This document shows positions 57,245 through 64,000 of a DNA stretch of 64,000 bases, piece after piece; the first letter of the stretch is position 1, and each line of letters starts with the position of its first letter. Location of the stretch: the NCBI GenBank assembly GCA_903917705.1, contig CAIXBQ010000093.1:12268-76267 (forward strand), given 5' to 3'. Both the position numbers and the translations under genes were made by a program. This stretch comes from an uncultured Verrucomicrobia subdivision 3 bacterium. Its GTDB lineage: Bacteria; Verrucomicrobiota; Verrucomicrobiia; Limisphaerales; UBA11358. The notes under the pieces are model-generated. The model ran no database searches, had not been told where the DNA came from, and was given only the letters and a program-made list of their open reading frames with translations.

Positions 57245-58618
57245 CTACGACAGTCTGCCGAAGCGGCGGATTTCCGGCCAGAACCACGCCACCACCAGCA
57301 CCACCACCAGCGTTCCAACACCGCCCACCACCGTGGATAAAACCGCACCGGCGGCCATGCTGTTGCCCAGCATCGGCCCGAACAAATGTTGCGTCATGCC
57401 GGACTCGAACCCGCCCAGTTCGTTGGACGTACCGATGAAGAGGCTGTTCACCGCCGAGACGCGGCCGCGCTTGTCATCCGGCGTTAAGATCTGCACCAGG
57501 GAATGCCTCACGACCACGCTCACGTTGTCCACCGCGCCGCAGATGGCCAGCAGCCCGAATGCCACCCAGAACCAGCCGCCGTCCGCCGCCGGGAAAATCC
57601 CGCCAAGGCACAGGCGGTTTGCCAGTCCGAACAGAATCGTAGCCGCGCCGAAAATGGCCACGCACAGAAGCATCGTGCGCCCCGCCTTTTGCAAGGGCGG
57701 CCGGTGGGCCAGGAAAAAAACGCAGATGATCGCGCCAATGGGGATAGCCGCGCGCAGCAGACCGAGGCCGACACCTTCCGCGCCGCCATGCAGGGGTATG
57801 ATTTCATCGGCAAATATTGGCAGCAGCGTCACCGCGCCGCCGAGCAGCACGGCGAACATGTCGAGGGTGATGGTGCCAAGGATGATTTTATTCTGATAAA
57901 CAAAATGGAAGCCCGTGATCAGGCTCTTGAGCGAGACCGGTTCGCGCGGCGGAATTCTGTGTTCGTGCCGGATGCCCAGGATGAGCGCGAAGGCGACGAT
58001 GCCAAAAAAGACATTGATGGCATAGACCAGCCAGGCGCCGTGCGTGAGCCAGATGATCACCCCCGCCGCCGACGGACCCAGCACGCAGGAAAGCTGAAAC
58101 GCGCCGCTGTTAAAAGTAATGGCGCGCGGCAATTCCTCGCGCGGGACGAGCGCGGTTACAAACGCCGCACTGGCCGGCCAGAGAAAAGTTCTCGCCACGC
58201 CGATGATGACCAGCAATGCGTAGGCGAACAACTGGAACGTCGCGACGCTCCGGTCCAGCGCGATGAACGCGGAGGTCAGCGTGAGCCCGAGGTTGGCAAA
58301 GCCCAGCAGGAGCGTGGAGCCAAGAATGATGCTTTTGCGATTGCGCCGGTCGGCGAGCTGTCCCGCCGGCAGGGTGCAGAGGATCATCGGCGCCATCAGC
58401 GAGAGCCCGACGAAGCCGAGCGCCAGGCCGGAGTGCGCACGCTTGTAAAGCTCCCAGTCCAGGGCGGTAACCATCATCTGCATGCCCAGGGCCGCGATGA
58501 AGCGCGCGACGAGGTAGCGCGTGAAATCGGCGTTGCGGAAAACGGCGTAGGCTTGCCGGCCGGCGGCGGGAAGCGTGGGCGGCAGTGTCGGGTCTTCCTG
58601 GCTATCAGTCTCGTGCAT
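57245..58618 (-). CDS. MFS transporter (DHA3/EntS-like)
   Basis: AGQLADRRNRK, LDMFAVLLGGA, RGRVSAVN, SNELGGFESG. Confidence 0.9.
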   Translation of the reverse strand: MHETDSQEDPTLPPTLPAAGRQAYAVFRNADFTRYLVARFIAALGMQMMVTALDWELYKRAHSGLALGFVGLSLMAPMILCTLPAGQLADRRNRKSIILGSTLLLGFANLGLTLTSAFIALDRSVATFQLFAYALLVIIGVARTFLWPASAAFVTALVPREELPRAITFNSGAFQLSCVLGPSAAGVIIWLTHGAWLVYAINVFFGIVAFALILGIRHEHRIPPREPVSLKSLITGFHFVYQNKIILGTITLDMFAVLLGGAVTLLPIFADEIIPLHGGAEGVGLGLLRAAIPIGAIICVFFLAHRPPLQKAGRTMLLCVAIFGAATILFGLANRLCLGGIFPAADGGWFWVAFGLLAICGAVDNVSVVVRHSLVQILTPDDKRGRVSAVNSLFIGTSNELGGFESGMTQHLFGPMLGNSMAAGAVLSTVVGGVGTLVVVLVVAWFWPEIRRFGRLS

Positions 58619-58724
58619 GAAACGGGTGGCAATTTACCGGAAAGAAAGCCCTGGTCGAGATTTGTTGAGGCGGTGGTAATCGCATTCGCGCCGGGGGCAG
58701 ATTGAGATTAGTATGCAGAGGCAA

Positions 58725-58901
58725 ATGAGCGAGCCGGATAATCATTCCCCGAAACCGAAATATAAGTGGCCCTGGTTCGTGCTGGCGGCGGTGCTGCTGG
58801 GCATGGTGCTGGCGGTTATGTGGGTGGGTGCCGCGGCGAAGAAAGTGGAGCAGCAGCGCGACTACAACGCCCCCCTGCCTGATACCGCGCCAGCACACTA
58901 G
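58725..58901 (+). CDS. Small single-TM membrane protein
   Basis: KYKWPWFVLAAVLLGMVLAVMWV hydrophobic segment. Confidence 0.55.
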   Translation: MSEPDNHSPKPKYKWPWFVLAAVLLGMVLAVMWVGAAAKKVEQQRDYNAPLPDTAPAH

Positions 58902-60076
58902 GGACTGGATGACTTCACGGTCCGGCTCGGTAGCTCGGGCAACACGGAATGGCCGGCTACATTTGGCATCGGTTTCTGTAACGCCAACTCCAGCGCGGTC
59001 GGCGCAAAGTCTTGAGCCGACCAATTCAAGCCGCAGATGGTTCCGGCCGGGAATTTAGCGGGCCAGTTTGCGATCATTGGCAGTTGCGTCCGGTTGAAGG
59101 TTTTTTCACCTTTGAAATTTCCATCCGGGTGCAGAAAATCCAGGGTCCGGTTGGCAAATTTTTCCGGCGCGCCGCCGCTGGTGAAGAAAATAGCCACGTC
59201 ATTGGTCAGCCCAAGCTTTTGCAGTTGTTCCAACAACCGGCCGATGCCGGCGTCGAGGCGGGTGATGAGCGCGGCGCGGTTTTTGGCCGCCTGCGGCCAG
59301 TGCTCGCCGGTGAAGGGCGCGTCAGTCGGCACCGGAAAATCATCCGCTCCAACCGTGGCGGTCCGCGGCGCCGGCAGGTTGACCAGCAGGAAGAACGGGC
59401 GGAAGTGGTTGAATTCATCAGGCTGGTTGACGCGGGTGAAATTCGCCGCCGCCGTGATGAGCAGGTCAGGCAGATACTGGCCCTGTTTGCCGCCGGTATT
59501 TGGATAAATCATTTCCTTGCCGATAAAGTCGTCGAAAGTGTTGTTCGTCTCATTGACAATGCTTTTGGGCGCGTAACGCCAAAGGTAATCCGCGTAATAA
59601 TTTTTCCCCTCGGCGTCGTCCAGAAACCCGGCGAATTCGTCAAAACCCTGGGTCCATGGTTTGGACCCGAGCATCCATTCGCCAATGAGGCCCGTGTGAT
59701 AGCCCGCCTGCCGGAGCCGCTGGGCGAGGGTGGTTTTGTCCGGCGCGAAGGCGTCATTATTCCCCGTCATGAGCGCGGCCTGCGCCAATGAAAAATCTTC
59801 GGCGGTGGCAGGCAAGGCAACGCCGGTATGATAGCCCGTAAACCGGATGCCGCCAGCGGCGAGGTGGTCCAGGTTCGGCGTCTGGAAATTGGTCTGGCCG
59901 TAGCAGCTCAGGTCGCCGGCACCCAGCCCGTGGCACTGGATGAAAATGATGCTGGTGTGCGGCGGCGCGCCAGCGGACACGACGTTGGCGGCGAAGGATG
60001 CCGGGCTGGAGGCAGGCGCGGCAAAAGCCAGCGATGGCAGGACGGCCAACCAAAGGAAAAGGCGGATGGGTTTCAT
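58898..60076 (-). CDS. Sulfatase-like hydrolase with a degenerate active site
   Basis: GDLSCYG, TPNLDHLA, AALMTG, GYHTGLIGEW, PFFL, RLDAGIG present; no C/S-x-P-x-R motif. Confidence 0.78.
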   Translation of the reverse strand: MKPIRLFLWLAVLPSLAFAAPASSPASFAANVVSAGAPPHTSIIFIQCHGLGAGDLSCYGQTNFQTPNLDHLAAGGIRFTGYHTGVALPATAEDFSLAQAALMTGNNDAFAPDKTTLAQRLRQAGYHTGLIGEWMLGSKPWTQGFDEFAGFLDDAEGKNYYADYLWRYAPKSIVNETNNTFDDFIGKEMIYPNTGGKQGQYLPDLLITAAANFTRVNQPDEFNHFRPFFLLVNLPAPRTATVGADDFPVPTDAPFTGEHWPQAAKNRAALITRLDAGIGRLLEQLQKLGLTNDVAIFFTSGGAPEKFANRTLDFLHPDGNFKGEKTFNRTQLPMIANWPAKFPAGTICGLNWSAQDFAPTALELALQKPMPNVAGHSVLPELPSRTVKSSSP

Positions 60077-60174
60077 CGGTGATACTTGGATTGTGGAAAC
60101 CCGGGCGCGTTCAAAGCAATTCTTTTTCACAACTGATTTATGGCAACCCAGCGACGGGACAACAAAGTCCGGGA

Positions 60175-61473
60175 TTATACTTTGATGGTTTCCGGCTGGT
60201 TATTTCTTTTTCCAAATTCTTTATCCAGCGGGATTACCCAGGCGACCAGAAAACTCGGAATTGTTGCCAGAATCACCCACACGAAAAAGTGCGGGTAGCC
60301 GAGCTGCTGTTGCAGCCAGCCGCTCCAGAGATTCGGCAGGTTCAGGCCGAGCGCCATGAAGCCGGTGCAAAGCGCATAGTGCGCCGTTGCGTGCGGTCCG
60401 CGCGCGATGTAAATCATGTAAAGCATGAAGGCCGTGAACCCAAAGCCGTAGCCGAACTGTTCCACCGCCACGCCGACGCCGATGGCAACCAGATTATCCG
60501 GCCGCGCATACGCCAACCAGATGAACACCGCGTCCGGCAGGTGAATCGCCAGCAGCATCGGCCACAGCCAGAATTTCAGCCCGCGCTGCGACACGGCCCA
60601 GCCGCCGAGCAGGCCGCCGAGCAGCAGCGCGCCCACGCCAAGTATCCCATAAATCTTCCCAAATTGGTCATTAGTCAGGGCCAGTCCGCCCTGGGGGCGG
60701 GAGTCGAGCAGAAAAAGCTTTGCCACGGTGAGGAGTTGCGCCTCGCCAAAACGGTAGAGCAGCAGAAACGCCAGCAGCGTGATAATTTGCGGCTTGCGGA
60801 AAAACGCGATGAACGTCTCCGCAAAGTTTGCCGAAAAAATCTCCGTTGAAACCGCGCGGCCCGCGCGGTCGCCCGCCGGTTGTGGCAGAATCAGGCGGTG
60901 AAATATTCCCAGCGCCAGAACCACGTCTGCCGCCAGCGCCAGTGCCAGCGCCCACGCGGTCGTGTAGCTGCCGGTGCGCGCGTACATTTTTCCCGCGAAG
61001 ACGACCAAGCCGCCCTGGGCCGCGATATTCGCCACGCGGTAAAAGGTGTTGCGCACGCCGCTGAACAACGCCTGGTCGCCCTCATCCAACGCCAGCAGGT
61101 AAAATCCGTCCGCCGCGATGTCGTGCGTGGCCGACGCAAACGCCACCAGCCAAAACAGCGCGAGCGAAATCTGGAAAAAGTGCGGCAACGGCAGCGACAG
61201 GGCCACGCCTGCCAGCGCCGCGCCGATGAACAATTGCAGGGCCCAAATCCACAGCCGCCGCGTTTTCAGCAGGTCCACCACCGGACTCCACAGCGGCTTG
61301 GCGACCCACGACAAGCCGAGCAGACCCACCCAGAAAGTGATGAGGTCGTTGGCCAAGCCGAGGTTTTTGTAGAGGACCACCGACACCGACATCGCCAGCG
61401 CATAGGGCAGGCCTTCGGCGAGGTAAAGGGTCGGGACCCAGGCCCACGGCGAAGATTTTTTGGCGGCAGCCAT
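60175..61473 (-). CDS. AmpG-like MFS permease
   Basis: WVPTLYLAEGLP, KPLWSPVVD, SATHDIAADG, HYALCTGFM; ATG 61,473. Confidence 0.88.
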   Translation of the reverse strand: MAAAKKSSPWAWVPTLYLAEGLPYALAMSVSVVLYKNLGLANDLITFWVGLLGLSWVAKPLWSPVVDLLKTRRLWIWALQLFIGAALAGVALSLPLPHFFQISLALFWLVAFASATHDIAADGFYLLALDEGDQALFSGVRNTFYRVANIAAQGGLVVFAGKMYARTGSYTTAWALALALAADVVLALGIFHRLILPQPAGDRAGRAVSTEIFSANFAETFIAFFRKPQIITLLAFLLLYRFGEAQLLTVAKLFLLDSRPQGGLALTNDQFGKIYGILGVGALLLGGLLGGWAVSQRGLKFWLWPMLLAIHLPDAVFIWLAYARPDNLVAIGVGVAVEQFGYGFGFTAFMLYMIYIARGPHATAHYALCTGFMALGLNLPNLWSGWLQQQLGYPHFFVWVILATIPSFLVAWVIPLDKEFGKRNNQPETIKV

Positions 61474-61560
61474 TTTGGTGGCGCAGATTTTATGGCGCCG
61501 GCGGGTGAAAGGAAACTTTTCTTCGTTTCCATTGCCGCCAGTGCGCGGCACAATCGACCT

Positions 61561-62283
61561 GTGACCGGCGCATTTCTCAACGCCTTCGGCATTATGTTTG
61601 GCGCGCTGCTTGGCCTCGCCTGGCGGGAGTCGCTTTCCGCCCGCGCCCAGAATTATTGCCGGTCTGCACTTGGCGCATTCACTGCTTTTTTCGGGCTGCA
61701 ACTGGTCTGGCAGGGAATTAACGGCACGTTCACGGCTGTCCTGAAGCAACTCTTGCTGGCGCTGCTTGCCGTGGTGCTGGGCAACCTGGCTGGGAAAATC
61801 CTTCGCCTTCAGATGATTTCCAACCACCTCGGGCGCATGGCATCTGCCCGGCTGGCTTCCGCTCAGAACAATCCGCCGGGCCGACCGCTGGAGGGTTTGG
61901 CGGCGGCGACCATATTATTTTGTGCCGCGCCGCTCGGGGTCATCGGCGCAGTTACGGATGGATTATCGGATTATTACCAGTTGCTCGCGTTGAAAGCGGT
62001 CATGGACGGGCTGGCGATGGCGGGTTTTGTGAAACTGTTCCGCTGGCCGGTGGCGCTGGCGGCCTTCCCGGTGCTGGTTTTCCTGACGGCCATTGCCGCC
62101 GCCGTCCGGATATTAGCCCTCCCTGCACTGGCGGCACACAACTTGGTGGAAGCTGCCAGTGTGACCGCCGGGCTGGTTGTGTGCGCCATCTCGCTGGTGG
62201 TCCTGGAGGTGCGGCGGGTTGAATTGGCGAACTATCTGCCCGCACTGGTGGTCGCGCCACTGTTGGTTTGGTGGCTGCGCTGA
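61561..62283 (+). CDS. DUF554-family membrane protein
   Basis: GAFLN N-terminus, LFCAAPLGVIGA, LKAVMDG, ANYLPAL; GTG 61,561. Confidence 0.8.
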   Translation: MTGAFLNAFGIMFGALLGLAWRESLSARAQNYCRSALGAFTAFFGLQLVWQGINGTFTAVLKQLLLALLAVVLGNLAGKILRLQMISNHLGRMASARLASAQNNPPGRPLEGLAAATILFCAAPLGVIGAVTDGLSDYYQLLALKAVMDGLAMAGFVKLFRWPVALAAFPVLVFLTAIAAAVRILALPALAAHNLVEAASVTAGLVVCAISLVVLEVRRVELANYLPALVVAPLLVWWLR

Positions 62284-62617
62284 AAACAGCTTGCCGCCGA
62301 GGTCTTCCAGCAATAGTTTTTCCGGGTGAGGCGTAAGCGAAAAGCCACCGGGAACCAAAGGCAAAAACGCTTTTTCGCGTATTTTTTCGGGGCACTCATG
62401 ATTGGAGCCGTGGCGGCATTATTGTGGTTGCTGAACCGTTCGCCCCTGTCGGATCATTGAACGGCGGATCTGGGAACAATGAAATTATTCTGGTTCGAAA
62501 AATTTTAAGCCCACCGATGCGGCCCAGTCAAAAAGTAAAATCACTTCCCAACCGCCAAACGGCGAAGTGGCGCGATTTTTTTTGTGCTCTGCAGTGTTTT
62601 GCGGCTAAAGTTGCTGC

Positions 62618-63289
62618 ATGAACTGCATCGTCACCGCCGGGCCGACGTTCGAGCCGTTGGACGACGTGCGTCGGCTTACGAACTTTTCCACGGGCCGTCT
62701 CGGCACGGAACTGGCCAATTATCTTGCCGCCCGAGGACACCGGGTCACATTGCTTATCGGCAAATCAGCGACTTACGCGAGTGAATGCCGGGCGCAGGCA
62801 GTGAAAGCCTTTTCCACCACTGCGAATTTGCGGTCGACGCTGAAAACTTTCTCCGGCAAAAAAGTGGACGCCATTTTTCACGCGGCGGCGGTCAGCGATT
62901 TCTCGTTTGGCCGGATTTTTGCAGAGACGAAGCCCGGCCAGTTCGCCGCGCTCAAGGCTAAAAAAAAAATCTCCACGCGGCAGGGACCATTGCTGGTCGA
63001 GCTGTTGCCGACGCGGAAAATCATCGCCGAGCTACGAGGGTGGTTTCCCCAAACGATGATCGTGGGTTGGAAGTATGAGGCGGATGGCGGGCGCCCGGAC
63101 GCCTTGCGGGCAGCGGGGAAGCAACTGGCGGATTGCGGGACGGATTTTTGCGTGGCGAATGGCCCCGCTTATGGCCGGGGGTTCAATCTGGTTTCAGCGG
63201 CCGGAGCTCAACATTTCAACTCGATGGAGCCATTGTTTGCGGAACTGGAGGAATTGCCGAAAAGCAGATTGGCAAATAAAAAACGCTAG
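62618..63289 (+). CDS. coaB: Phosphopantothenate--cysteine ligase (stand-alone CoaB/DFP domain)
   Basis: IVTAGPTFEPLDDVRRLTNFSTG, HAAAVSDF, VGWKYE, VAN. Confidence 0.88.
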   Translation: MNCIVTAGPTFEPLDDVRRLTNFSTGRLGTELANYLAARGHRVTLLIGKSATYASECRAQAVKAFSTTANLRSTLKTFSGKKVDAIFHAAAVSDFSFGRIFAETKPGQFAALKAKKKISTRQGPLLVELLPTRKIIAELRGWFPQTMIVGWKYEADGGRPDALRAAGKQLADCGTDFCVANGPAYGRGFNLVSAAGAQHFNSMEPLFAELEELPKSRLANKKR

Positions 63290-63344
63290 TGTCCCCCGCC
63301 TTCACGGGCCCGGTTTCCGCATCCCGACTTTTCCTATTGCCAGA

Positions 63345-64000
63345 TCAGGCTTCAAAATCTTTCAGGTGCCGGAGTCCCCACTTCATTGGCAACCAGCCGA
63401 CGATGAATGACAGCACAACAAATCCGACAATGCATATGAATGCCATCCCGACGTAGGAATGAAATCCGCCGCCGCCGGCTACCAGCAGTGTCAACGAGGC
63501 GATGATATAAATGGAGCTCATCACGAAACACAGCGTGCCGCCGAAACCGCTGACGATTTTGTTGGGGTTGGTTTCCTTGACGTTCGGATAGAGCACGCCC
63601 AATCCGACGGCGAGGCCGTTCAGCGCAAACGTCATCACGGCGATGACCGCGCCGAAAAATGCCACATCGCCCCAGGGCATTTTCAGCAGATAACACGAGA
63701 GCGTTACCAGCGCCAGTGTTACTGCCAGCGAGGCGGCGCTGGCGAGCCAATATTTGGTTTTCACCACCTGCGCCAGCCCCATCGGCGACAGGCCGACAAT
63801 CCACAGCCGCCGGCCCTCGAGCGAGAATTGCGGAAACACAAACCGCGTCGTCACCGAGGCGAGGTTGAAGGCGCACGCGCCAAGGTTGAGAAACGCGACG
63901 GCGTGGATCCAGAAGGGACTGGTGAGCTGGTGGGTGAAATTGCGGAGGTTGATGATGTAGGCGCCGAGCAGGCCGAAGAACATCACGGACTGGCCCCATT
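63345..64000 (-). CDS. Putative ABC transporter permease subunit (3' part only)
   Basis: Multi-TM; TRFVFPQFSLEGRRLWI, GLGVLYP; the frame continues past the window edge. Confidence 0.7.
   Translation of the reverse strand, partial: WGQSVMFFGLLGAYIINLRNFTHQLTSPFWIHAVAFLNLGACAFNLASVTTRFVFPQFSLEGRRLWIVGLSPMGLAQVVKTKYWLASAASLAVTLALVTLSCYLLKMPWGDVAFFGAVIAVMTFALNGLAVGLGVLYPNVKETNPNKIVSGFGGTLCFVMSSIYIIASLTLLVAGGGGFHSYVGMAFICIVGFVVLSFIVGWLPMKWGLRHLKDFEA

Overview
The window has two parts. Positions 1 to ~23,970 are the right end of an integrated genomic island. It carries a type 1 BREX anti-phage operon on the minus strand (brxA-brxB-brxC-[NYN nuclease]-pglX-pglZ-brxL, with brxL running off the left edge). 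It also carries a TPR/HEXXH protein and a CRR6/DUF1817-like gene that both appear 5'-truncated at one shared junction (~14,990), and a replication/integration module: ParB-like protein, HUH rolling-circle Rep, YfjI/DUF3987 NTPase and tyrosine integrase. The island ends at a probable att site resembling the 3' end of SRP RNA. Positions ~24,000-64,000 are GC-rich chromosomal backbone, probably Verrucomicrobiota (inferred from gene style): a split carB C-terminal half, pectate lyase, recQ, msrB, GH2, phosphomannomutase, dnaE, an msbA/GT9/GT10 LPS cluster, nadD, rsfS, PIN-PhoH, yihY, MFS transporters, a degenerate sulfatase and coaB. The best candidate for an undescribed system is a NYN/PIN RNase inserted in the BREX operon, next to a divergently oriented ~87-nt three-hairpin element with its own terminator. 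This could be an RNA-antitoxin/toxin back-up module. All family assignments come from motifs read by eye, not from database searches.
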